This document shows positions 9,185-18,047 of a stretch of DNA of 64,000 nucleotides, one piece after another. How positions within the stretch are numbered: the stretch's first letter is position 1; each line of letters starts with the position of its first letter. A model generated the notes under the pieces. That model was given only the letters and a program-made list of their open reading frames with translations, searched no databases and was not told the DNA's origin. Where the stretch lies: IMG/VR virus record IMGVR_UViG_3300031707_000001, positions 146,733-210,732 of that record; one strand, given 5' to 3'. A program made the translations under genes and the position numbers.

Positions 9185-12010
9185 TTATGCTCCTGCGATC
9201 ATTCGTGGTAGCTGTACTACGTTGCTATTCGTTACCATACGTAAAACAATAGGCTCACCAATAATGTATTTGTTCCAAATCATTCTGTCAAGAATCCAAT
9301 ACCGGTTGCGGTCGATGTCGAAGTCTTTGGCGGGGTGAATATGGTTGTAGCGTTCAAAATCTACACTAAGACTAGGCGGATTGAATACATTGCTATGTCG
9401 TCCCCACACATTTACAATATTGACTACACGGTGATCTATACAAACACAATCTTGCATCACGAAGATAGTAGGCAGATTGTCCTGGAGTTCTTTTTGGGTT
9501 GGAAATCCTTGGACGACACGAATAGGGCTCTTGTTCTCTGAAATTACTTCACCTAAGGCTTGCATGAACATGTAGATGCAACTGATGCCATTGGCGGTGT
9601 AATAGTGCTTGATTACGTTTTCCATTTTCGTGTTGATGGGAACCCCAAGCGTACGGCACATGAGATGGTAAGCAGCCACGGCCGGAATTTCGGTATTGCG
9701 AAAGTCAGAGCGTTCTTCCACCGTCAATGTTTGGCTGGTTAATTCAAGCAGGATGCCAGGCAAGCTGGCTTGAAGTTGCATAATGTCTTCTGGTGCCAAC
9801 GTATAGGTCTGTTGGGCCGTATAATCCGGGGTATCGATAAAGCTGATGCGGCTGTCACCCGTCAAAGCGATTGCAACTTCACTGTCAACAACTGATATGA
9901 GATTGACATCCAGTTCACCCAAAAGCTGCTTAATGCGATTGCAGGAAATATTGGGAAGTATCTGTATGCATGGCAGTGCGCCCAACTGCGATAGCTTCGC
10001 CAGATATTGTGTTACCTTTACGCTGGGCATGCGGGATACCTCATCGATATCGGCAAAGAGTTGATTCAGTTGTAGGTAAATAGGTGTCCAGATACCGGGG
10101 GTGGGTTCAACAAACAGCAAATGCTGTGGCACAGGCATTACCTTGTTTTCGTGACGGATTAGAGCGGCGATCAGATTATGTACGATGTGGCAAAAAGCGA
10201 ATAAAAATCCGGCGATGTAAGGGTTTGTTTCGGCAACTTCCAGAAGTCTGCGCATGCTTGTGGACGAATCGATAACAGCTGCTTCGTACCGCAATCCGTT
10301 GTAAAGCCGTAGAATGTCACGATCCAGTGTGAATACCTGATGTTGAGGCTCGACAAGTTTTCGGGCTGTATCAAGCACGAAATTTGGAAAATGTATCAGG
10401 GAGGAATTCACGCCAAGCGTTACGATTTCGTGGCGTACGTTTTTCCCTTCTGCCAATTTTGCCAGGATATCGGGCCAGGCAAATCCTTTTATTTCATAGA
10501 ATGCAGGGTAGATCGATAGGCCTTGCCCAATAAAGACGCTACGGACGGCCTGCCGAAGATGGGCGGCCGATGTGAAAGCGTTCGAATGTAGGACTGCCGT
10601 AATAGCTGGGCCATCGCTGTCTGCACGTAATTTACAGACATATTTGATATCTTCACTTCGAGTCAATATGCATTCTTCGACGGTGATGGCCACGTTGCTT
10701 AGTCGACGTTCTTCATTGTCAAATCCTAATGCCAAAAGTCCTGTGGTCGTCTGACGCAGTTCCCTGCCATTAGCCAAACGTATTACGCTTTGTGGAAGCT
10801 GTCCGATTGTTTCGAGCAACGTAATCAATTCTGGAGGCACGACCATCGTGGCTGCCTTTTCGAGAAGCTCCGTACGTTGTTCCTTGGTTACGTTGTTGCT
10901 TTCAAAAGCTTTATAGATGACTTCGACATCTTTGTCTTCGATCAACTTGGCGAGCTTGTGTATGATCCACGTATTCAAGGCTTCAGCAACGTGGTTGGGC
11001 TTAAGTGTTGGCGCTTCCAACGTATGGAGCGGAATGCTTTCCATCGGCCGGCCTTCAGGACCAACAAAGATAGGTACCTTCTTGTCCGGATGACCTTCAA
11101 CAACTTCCGGGGCTGAAAATAGATGAAGGGCAAAAGCAAGGCTGAACTTGTATTCCTTGCTCGGCAAAACTATGAGCCGTTCGATGTTGCGAAACCGGTG
11201 GGGTAACGGTAGGCCAGCCAAGCCAACCAGCGGCGGAGGTCGGGTTGAATATTCAGACCACCGCCGGTACAAGTTGCAACAGACCATTTCGCTGGTAGCA
11301 GCAAAAAGGTCCTTGGTCGTATCCGAAACGTTGTTTTCCATGAACAGACCGATGTCCTTACGAACGATCGGTATGGTTTGACTTGGAAGTGAATCTTCAT
11401 CAAAATTCTGTACCCGAACATGCGTTACTTGTCCGTTGTACGTGTAGGGGTAAAGCGCACAGTGGGCTTTGCTGTGAGGTTTGAGTCCACGCAAGACTGG
11501 GGGTAAATCGTCTGGAATGAGCAATCCCAGCGTCTTGGGTACGTCATTCAGCGTCTGGCTGCCATATTGCAGGGCGCCGTGGGCAGCCATTTTATTGCGG
11601 AGCTTGGTGCCCTTAAGTGACTTTCTGATAGCGTTTTGTGTCTGAAGAAGGTAGTTGGAAATAGCCAACTGGTTGGATTTGGAGTTGCGATACTCGTCTA
11701 ACTGGCTGCCTGTAAAGTCTTCTTCAAGTATCGAAGCAAGTTCTTGTCCGGGAAGAAATAATCCAAAAGCTTCGTCCAACGAGATTTTTCGGACCTGCGC
11801 CAGCAGCATTACGGCATCCCCACTGAAATTGCAGTGGCTCTCGTTGCAGGTGAAACGCCAGGCGCCATGGTCCGGATCACAAGCATCCCGGGCGATTCGA
11901 AGTGTATTTCCTAGGCCCGAATGGAGGGGGCAGGGCTGCAACGCTTCGGGTGTCGGATTCGTTATTGTGCAGCCAAGCTTCGTAAGAAATTCTATCCAGC
12001 GAATCTGCAT
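9185..12010 (-). CDS. Large protein with N-terminal primase-type Zn finger; possibly a degenerate primase-helicase
   Basis: CPLH...FTCNESHCNFSGDAV; 941 aa; no clear Walker A motif. Confidence 0.5.
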   Translation of the reverse strand: MQIRWIEFLTKLGCTITNPTPEALQPCPLHSGLGNTLRIARDACDPDHGAWRFTCNESHCNFSGDAVMLLAQVRKISLDEAFGLFLPGQELASILEEDFTGSQLDEYRNSKSNQLAISNYLLQTQNAIRKSLKGTKLRNKMAAHGALQYGSQTLNDVPKTLGLLIPDDLPPVLRGLKPHSKAHCALYPYTYNGQVTHVRVQNFDEDSLPSQTIPIVRKDIGLFMENNVSDTTKDLFAATSEMVCCNLYRRWSEYSTRPPPLVGLAGLPLPHRFRNIERLIVLPSKEYKFSLAFALHLFSAPEVVEGHPDKKVPIFVGPEGRPMESIPLHTLEAPTLKPNHVAEALNTWIIHKLAKLIEDKDVEVIYKAFESNNVTKEQRTELLEKAATMVVPPELITLLETIGQLPQSVIRLANGRELRQTTTGLLALGFDNEERRLSNVAITVEECILTRSEDIKYVCKLRADSDGPAITAVLHSNAFTSAAHLRQAVRSVFIGQGLSIYPAFYEIKGFAWPDILAKLAEGKNVRHEIVTLGVNSSLIHFPNFVLDTARKLVEPQHQVFTLDRDILRLYNGLRYEAAVIDSSTSMRRLLEVAETNPYIAGFLFAFCHIVHNLIAALIRHENKVMPVPQHLLFVEPTPGIWTPIYLQLNQLFADIDEVSRMPSVKVTQYLAKLSQLGALPCIQILPNISCNRIKQLLGELDVNLISVVDSEVAIALTGDSRISFIDTPDYTAQQTYTLAPEDIMQLQASLPGILLELTSQTLTVEERSDFRNTEIPAVAAYHLMCRTLGVPINTKMENVIKHYYTANGISCIYMFMQALGEVISENKSPIRVVQGFPTQKELQDNLPTIFVMQDCVCIDHRVVNIVNVWGRHSNVFNPPSLSVDFERYNHIHPAKDFDIDRNRYWILDRMIWNKYIIGEPIVLRMVTNSNVVQLPRMIAGA

Positions 12011-12570
12011 AACGTATTCCAGCGTTTTAGATAATCAATTGCTCGTTCTAAATACTTCGTGTTGTCGTGGAAGCTGCCCAGGCCTTTATTACAAGCACTA
12101 CATAATATACCTCGAACTTGGTTGGTGTTGTGGTCGTGGTCCGTACTTTTATCTCGATCGTTTATAAAAACTTGTTGGCATATAGCACAAACACCATCCT
12201 GTTCAGAAATAAGTTTATTGCGCTCATCTAAGGTTATACCATAGTGTTTTTGAAAATACCAGTTTCTTCGTTGTTGGGTAGTACGTATTGTCCAATCATG
12301 ATGCCACTTCCTTGCATATTCAAGATGATTTTGTCGCCAAAGTGTGGCCTTAACGCTTTGGTTTTTTCTATGACATTTTGGGCAACGGTACTGCGTTTTT
12401 CCGGTTTTGGTAAACGGTTTGTGGCAGTCTATACAAGTTGGAATTTTTTGCGTTCTAATTTTGTTACAAAGTTCAATACATTCAGAACAACGTTTCTGAT
12501 AACGTATTCTGAAAAATTTCGTATGACAAAGTGTGCAGGTTGAAGTTTTAGGCATATGCTTCTTTTTCAT
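11992..12570 (-). CDS. Endonuclease VII-family (homing) endonuclease
   Basis: YGITL...QDGVCAIC...DHDHNTNQVRGILCSACNKGLG; N-terminal Zn ribbons. Confidence 0.9.
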   Translation of the reverse strand: MKKKHMPKTSTCTLCHTKFFRIRYQKRCSECIELCNKIRTQKIPTCIDCHKPFTKTGKTQYRCPKCHRKNQSVKATLWRQNHLEYARKWHHDWTIRTTQQRRNWYFQKHYGITLDERNKLISEQDGVCAICQQVFINDRDKSTDHDHNTNQVRGILCSACNKGLGSFHDNTKYLERAIDYLKRWNTLCRFAG

Positions 12571-12574
12571 TGTT

Positions 12575-12712
12575 CTACTTGCCCTTGTTTCGTACTCTAG
12601 GCTTATTCCAATATGGACTTTTGCAGCGTGGACACCAACGTGGTATTTGTACCGTTCGTGGTAACCACTGATGCTGACAACGATTGCATTGGACGCTTGA
12701 TACTGTTATCAT
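12575..12712 (-). CDS. 45-aa zinc-ribbon protein (not in ORF track)
   Basis: MITVSSVQCNRCQHQWLPRTVQIPRWCPRCKSPYWNKPRVRNKGK; two CxxC pairs. Confidence 0.8.
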   Translation of the reverse strand: MITVSSVQCNRCQHQWLPRTVQIPRWCPRCKSPYWNKPRVRNKGK

Positions 12713-12718
12713 GTCTAA

Positions 12719-12799
12719 ATATTACTATGATCGTATGTTCTCTGTCAATTACTTTTCTAACATTTGCAACTAGACAGTATAAAGTAAGCGTGATAAGCT
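12719..12799. promoter_or_regulatory. Divergent sigma70-type promoters
   Basis: Minus strand TTGACA(12748)-18-TAATAT; plus strand TAGACA(12771)-17-TAAGCT. Confidence 0.55.
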
Positions 12800-12827
12800 A
12801 TTGACGAACTTAAAAAAGGAGTTGCGT

Positions 12828-13925
12828 ATGGACTTGCTACACGATCTGAGTGGACGACGTTGGCTGGAACTTGCTGATCGGCATGAAGCTATCATACCTG
12901 CGTATGTGATGACTTCGGAAATGCCAAGCAAAGAAGCTGCAGCAGAATTGGAAGATGCGTTGTTTGCGGATCCTGCTCGCAGACTCTTTCCTGTTGATAC
13001 ACCAGCGGCGACCTGGTTATCTGCAGCCTACTTCTTGAAAAATGCAGCAACACTTCCTTACAAGAAAGACGAAAAGGCTTTCGTCTTGGCTCGCATCGAA
13101 AAGGCGGCCGAAATCCATGGGGTCAGGGGTGATACAGAAAAGATTGCCGCAGCCATTCAAGCAGAGGATGGTACGGAAAAGCAAGCCGAAGATAACGATG
13201 AGAATTACGGCTGGGTCATGGTAAGCGAAGCCACGGGACAGGTACTTGCACGCAAGTATCCCATGTTCGACGATCGTGGCGTCAAAATGGCTAGCTCGTA
13301 CTTCGACGAAAACCGCAGTCATTATCCGATGGCCATACGCCGGACGATCGCCCGCAACATTATGAAGCGGGCAGAAGTCCACGGCGTTGGCATCGATGAA
13401 CTACATCCTTCGGTGTTGCGTGAGGCCGGCTATGGAATTCCTCGCAAGGACGTATTGATGGAGGAAATCCTGGAACGAGCCTACCTGACCAAGGACGCTG
13501 AATGTGCTGTTCTACTGGCCAACATCAACGAGATGATTGCTGCTCTGCCGGAAGAAGACATAGCACAGAGCCTGGACAAGATTGCTGAAGTCATTGAGGC
13601 TTACGACAGGACGTCGGATCTTACTCGTTACTACGGCACGAAGATCCTGATGCCTGCCGACTTCCTGTTCGACGTCAATATGAAGACGGCGGAGGAACTT
13701 GTGGCCGATGCGGTTGAGTTGGACCGTCATGTGTTCAGCCTGACCAAGTTGGCGGAATTACCGGCGCAGATGTACCAGGAAATTCTTGGCGAAGAGTTTG
13801 CTAAGGCAATCGTCAAGTCCGGTACGACGCAGGTCGACAAGGAAAAGCTTGCCGATAATCTGTACTCGTTACCCAAGCCGGATAAAGTTGCCCTCGAAGA
13901 GCATCTCGCCGAAATCTTCGGTTAA
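12828..13925 (+). CDS. Hypothetical protein, probable virion component with internal duplication
   Basis: AAGGAG RBS; two similar units (RLFPVD...SAAYF and RKYPMFD...ASSYF); several KxA motifs. Confidence 0.55.
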   Translation: MDLLHDLSGRRWLELADRHEAIIPAYVMTSEMPSKEAAAELEDALFADPARRLFPVDTPAATWLSAAYFLKNAATLPYKKDEKAFVLARIEKAAEIHGVRGDTEKIAAAIQAEDGTEKQAEDNDENYGWVMVSEATGQVLARKYPMFDDRGVKMASSYFDENRSHYPMAIRRTIARNIMKRAEVHGVGIDELHPSVLREAGYGIPRKDVLMEEILERAYLTKDAECAVLLANINEMIAALPEEDIAQSLDKIAEVIEAYDRTSDLTRYYGTKILMPADFLFDVNMKTAEELVADAVELDRHVFSLTKLAELPAQMYQEILGEEFAKAIVKSGTTQVDKEKLADNLYSLPKPDKVALEEHLAEIFG

Positions 13926-13952
13926 CAACCGTCGATCAAACAGGAGGTGCTC

Positions 13953-14618
13953 ATGATGGGGGAACTCCAGGCTAAGCAATCTGCTCTCCAGACGCCTGAG
14001 ACCCTGGCCACCGTGGTCCATGCCATTGTGCGAAAGCAATATGGCGAGGACGCATATGGTTGGGATCCAACGACGGTCTTTCTGGAATTGCAAGCAGACT
14101 TCCATGCCGACGTCGATACAACAGTCTTGGACCGCTGGTCAGCCATTTCGGTTATCATGACCAGTGATGCTTTCTTCAAACGGTTGGATGCCTTCATGGG
14201 CATTTGCAATACGCTATCGTCTGGAGAACCGTTTTTCCAAGTATTCGACCCGGTAACGACGGAAGAGGTAGCTTGGGCTGTTGCTGAGGTTTCCTTGAAT
14301 AGGGAACTTCTGCCGTTCAGTTATCCCATTCGGAAGTACATGAGGATGATGCTGGAGCAAGACGGTTATGATCCAATGAACTATCCTGATCTCTTTCAGG
14401 AAATCATGGGGAAGAACCCCCGTGCCGAGGAAATCCGGAAGATCATTGGTCCGAGTACAAATCCGAACCAAGGAAACATCGACGGTTATATTGACGAGCA
14501 ACTGAAGGATATGGTATACCAGCTCAACAAGATTCCTGATTTGAAGGATTTGGATGACATCATCCTACAACGTTCAATGGACGAATTTGTTGGAACAGTG
14601 GTAAAGAAAGTCGTGTAA
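13953..14618 (+). CDS. Hypothetical phage protein
   Basis: AGGAGG RBS; acidic, helical protein. Confidence 0.7.
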   Translation: MMGELQAKQSALQTPETLATVVHAIVRKQYGEDAYGWDPTTVFLELQADFHADVDTTVLDRWSAISVIMTSDAFFKRLDAFMGICNTLSSGEPFFQVFDPVTTEEVAWAVAEVSLNRELLPFSYPIRKYMRMMLEQDGYDPMNYPDLFQEIMGKNPRAEEIRKIIGPSTNPNQGNIDGYIDEQLKDMVYQLNKIPDLKDLDDIILQRSMDEFVGTVVKKVV

Positions 14619-14622
14619 TATC

Positions 14623-15441
14623 ATGGCAGAGTACGCTCCAGTAACACTCGGGGTGCAAAAGCAGGGACCAAACGTCGCTCTGATCAAACAAGGTCAACCG
14701 AACCTGTGCAGGCAACCTGAGACGCCTTCGTGTTTACCTGTGGCCGTTACTGGAGCCACTCTGTCCAATGCAGCAAAGAAGTATTGTTACAAATGCAGAC
14801 AAGATGTTTCAATAACCTGTTTTCGTAAAAATCGGGCTAAGAAAGACGGATTAAGTGATGAGTGTAATTCGTGTCATGCCAAATATCAAAGGTACCGATG
14901 GTGGCATCAAACGATTACAGAACAAATGCGTACTAAGCATTATGCTAGAAACAAGCGTTATAGTAAGACAGAAAAAGGAAAACTGAGTCATAGAAGAAGC
15001 TATATTAAATGGGCGCATAGTGCGAAAGGTTTGCTTTCTATTCGGCGTAGTATCAAAAAATACAATAGTTCACCAACAGGACGTTTGCGTTGCAGTTTGA
15101 CACAGCACTTGTATCGAGCATTAAAACAAAATAAAGCAGGGCGTGCTTGGGAACAATTGGTGGGATACAATGTGCATCAGTTAAAGGCGCATTTAGAATC
15201 TCAATTTGAGCCTGGTATGACTTGGGAAAATTATGGCCGAAATGGTTGGAATATAGACCACATTGTTCCAATCGTTGAGTTTAGTAAATATGCATTTGAT
15301 TCCTCAGCAATCCAAACGTGTTTTGCACTTTCCAATCTTATGCCTCGTTGGGAGACTACCAAGATTGCACAGACGTATGGAAGCGCACAAATTGGAAATT
15401 TCAATAAAGGGTCCAAAATACTCCAAGGTATGACAATATGA
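14623..15441 (+). CDS. HNH-type homing endonuclease with Zn finger
   Basis: CYKC...ECNSC; HLESQFEPGMTWENYG..WNIDHIVP...CFALSNLMP...NFNKG. Confidence 0.85.
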   Translation: MAEYAPVTLGVQKQGPNVALIKQGQPNLCRQPETPSCLPVAVTGATLSNAAKKYCYKCRQDVSITCFRKNRAKKDGLSDECNSCHAKYQRYRWWHQTITEQMRTKHYARNKRYSKTEKGKLSHRRSYIKWAHSAKGLLSIRRSIKKYNSSPTGRLRCSLTQHLYRALKQNKAGRAWEQLVGYNVHQLKAHLESQFEPGMTWENYGRNGWNIDHIVPIVEFSKYAFDSSAIQTCFALSNLMPRWETTKIAQTYGSAQIGNFNKGSKILQGMTI

Positions 15442-17192
15442 AAGAATATGCACCAGGAATTGTTAACAAGGAAAATTATGGGGATCCAACCCGAAGTCTT
15501 GAAGCCGGGCAGTTGGCCGATTATGTCCTTCAACACCATACCACACACCGACATCCTAATACGCCTCATTTGGATTTACGCATAGGCACACCAGCGACGG
15601 GTATGCATTCGTGGGCAATTCCTAAGGCTAAACTTCCAACAGCCGACGAGAAAAATTTAGCTATACAAACGCAAATCCATTCCCCCGGATACAATACATT
15701 TCAGGGAAGCATTCGTAGTGGCTACGGCGAAGGTTTTGTTCGAAGACAGGATTTAGGAAAAGCACTTTTAACGAAAGTAACCCCCAACAGCGTATCGTTC
15801 ACCATTTCTCATACCAAAGTTCCGGTGCGATACTCTTTGATTAGAATGGGAACTCGGGACGGAAGAAACGGAAGAGATTGGTTGCTTGTTCACAAAGCTA
15901 TTCCAAAAACCGTTGAAGGCGTTGGAGACAAGCCCAAGTACAAACTTATTGAGGCGGTCGATTTAGATGATGCGCTTGAGCAGGCAACTGAAGTACAGGA
16001 AAAAATAGATGGTGCTGGAGGGGTCTACGAAATTGGATCTAAAGGTGAAACCGAAGCCTATAGTGTTAATCCCCGGAAAACGGGTGAGCCAATTGTTCAT
16101 ACTGAGCGTACGGGATTGACTGGCGTAAAATCTCCTGAGGCTTTGTCAGGTACGACTCTTAGAGGTGAAATCTATGCCACGGATCCAAAAGGAAAGGCTA
16201 TTCCTTTTCAAGAGTTGAGCGGGATTTTGAACTCAACGATCGCTAAAGCAGTAGAAACACGCCGAGTCAAAAAGCTGAAGATGCAACACGCTATATTCGA
16301 TATTATTAAACACAAAGGTAAGGACGTATCCCAATTGCCTTTTGAAGAACGTAAGTCCCTTTTGAAGGAAGTAGTACCGCAGTTACCGTCCGAACACTTT
16401 CATTCCCCGCTATCGGCCACGGAAGAAGAGGATAAGACCCGGATGTTGGAAGACATTCGTACCGGAAAAAATCCCCGAACTTCTGAAGGTATTATCATGC
16501 ACCTTCCCGGTAATAAGGTGTGGAAGTACAAGTTTCGTCCCGAATCCCGGGGATACGTTACGGGTGTCTTTCCGGGCAAAGCCGGCCGTACGGGATTGCC
16601 TGGCGGCGTAACATTCTCGGAGACCCCAGGCGGTGAAGAACTAGGACACCTTGGCTCAGGTTTCACGGTAGATGAACTCAAAGATATTGCCAAGAACCTG
16701 GAAGCCTACAAGACCAAACCAATGCGAATCACGCACATGGGCAAGTTCCCAGCCGGTACGCTACGAGCGCCCGTGTTCAGCGGATGGGAGACCGATGTAA
16801 AGGAAAGTACTGATATGCGCATGAAGATTTCTCCTTTGGTACGTGCTTTTGTCAAACAGGCTTTGACGGCCACTACAAGCGGACAGACGGCCGATGCTAC
16901 AACAGCACCGCAGGCTGGTTATGCCATGAAGCCTTACGGCGATCAAGGCTACGATGCTTCGTTAACGCCTCAACGGGATCTTGCCCGTACAGGCTCTCCT
17001 GGAGCGCAGATACAACCCGGTCCCGAGATCCAACCGTTCTACAATCCGGCAGCAAGACCCGGTGTACCTGCAGGCGTGGTAGCACGACCTGGGACGGGTA
17101 CATTGACAGCCAGTGAATCCGGACAAGCCGGGCAGGTCAAGAAATTCCTGACACCAAAAGGTGGTCCAATCGCTACAGCAACAGGAACCTAA
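15438..17192 (+). CDS. LigD-type phosphoesterase fused to ATP-dependent DNA ligase, with Pro/Ala/Gly tail
   Basis: PE motifs LQHH, HLDLRI, SWAIPK, LAIQTQIH; ligase motifs EKIDG, LRGEIY, IFDI, EGII, KYK; OB-fold GSGFT and LRAPVF. Confidence 0.85.
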   Translation: MKEYAPGIVNKENYGDPTRSLEAGQLADYVLQHHTTHRHPNTPHLDLRIGTPATGMHSWAIPKAKLPTADEKNLAIQTQIHSPGYNTFQGSIRSGYGEGFVRRQDLGKALLTKVTPNSVSFTISHTKVPVRYSLIRMGTRDGRNGRDWLLVHKAIPKTVEGVGDKPKYKLIEAVDLDDALEQATEVQEKIDGAGGVYEIGSKGETEAYSVNPRKTGEPIVHTERTGLTGVKSPEALSGTTLRGEIYATDPKGKAIPFQELSGILNSTIAKAVETRRVKKLKMQHAIFDIIKHKGKDVSQLPFEERKSLLKEVVPQLPSEHFHSPLSATEEEDKTRMLEDIRTGKNPRTSEGIIMHLPGNKVWKYKFRPESRGYVTGVFPGKAGRTGLPGGVTFSETPGGEELGHLGSGFTVDELKDIAKNLEAYKTKPMRITHMGKFPAGTLRAPVFSGWETDVKESTDMRMKISPLVRAFVKQALTATTSGQTADATTAPQAGYAMKPYGDQGYDASLTPQRDLARTGSPGAQIQPGPEIQPFYNPAARPGVPAGVVARPGTGTLTASESGQAGQVKKFLTPKGGPIATATGT

Positions 17193-17587
17193 TGGACGAA
17201 GTTACATTACATTTTGTGGATAAGGCGGGCAATGTCAAAGCCGAAGTAGCTGCCGAGATTGCAGAAACACCAGCCGATCGGCGTATGGGGCTTTCCAAGC
17301 GAGCATTTCTTCCATCCGGTAGAGGCATGTTTTTTGACAAGGCTGGAGCCTTTTGGATGAAGGATGTCAACTTTCCATTGGACATCGTTTTCTTGGATAA
17401 GCAGGGAACCGTACTTGAGAAACAGCATATGCCACAGGTCGAAGAGCCTACAGCATTGAAGCCACTTTATGTGTCTTCGTCCAAGGAAGCTGCACATGCT
17501 TTGGAACTGCCGGCTGGCTGGTTTGATCGTCAAGGTTTGGCTGTAGGAATGAAACTTAGGCCAGTAGAGAGCAGACTGGACAGATGA
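17192..17587 (+). CDS. DUF192 family protein
   Basis: EIAETPADRRMGL, GMFF, FWMKDVNFPLDIVFLD and ALELPAG motifs. Confidence 0.9.
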   Translation: MDEVTLHFVDKAGNVKAEVAAEIAETPADRRMGLSKRAFLPSGRGMFFDKAGAFWMKDVNFPLDIVFLDKQGTVLEKQHMPQVEEPTALKPLYVSSSKEAAHALELPAGWFDRQGLAVGMKLRPVESRLDR

Positions 17588-17644
17588 TAGAAGCTTTGAT
17601 ACTATGGGTTGAAATTGAGTACATTTTGATCAAGGAGAAAACAC

Positions 17645-18034
17645 ATGAATTGGAAGAATGGATTGACCTCGATAGTCGTTATGTTGGTGGCGTTTTCGAT
17701 TACAGCATTTGCTCAAACTCCCAGCGGAAACCGGGTGAATAACAGCGAAACGATTTTGATGACCAACAATACGGTGAGGATCACGTTGGCCCAGACAACA
17801 CAACCGGTAAGTCCTGCCCAGGTTGAACTGACGTTCAAGGCTCCGGTAACTGCTACCTTCACCTTCAACTATGAGCGTGGGGCTTACACCAATATGGTGA
17901 TCAACAGGACCCTTACAAACCTGGTAACGTATATTTGGAACTGCCCTCGGGATTTGAAGCTGGTGGGAAACGATACACTGGTATTCACCAAGTCTGTCAG
18001 TGATCGGGCTCAGTTAACGATCAATTGGAAGTAA
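17645..18034 (+). CDS. Secreted beta-rich protein
   Basis: Signal peptide ending AFA; AAGGAG RBS. Confidence 0.7.
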   Translation: MNWKNGLTSIVVMLVAFSITAFAQTPSGNRVNNSETILMTNNTVRITLAQTTQPVSPAQVELTFKAPVTATFTFNYERGAYTNMVINRTLTNLVTYIWNCPRDLKLVGNDTLVFTKSVSDRAQLTINWK

Positions 18035-18047
18035 GGAGACAGTATTC

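Noticed and set aside
14641-15456. Intact group I intron in the ligase gene
   Set aside because: No P7 GACTA/TAGTC pair or U-G splice site was found, and the ligase has its own start.
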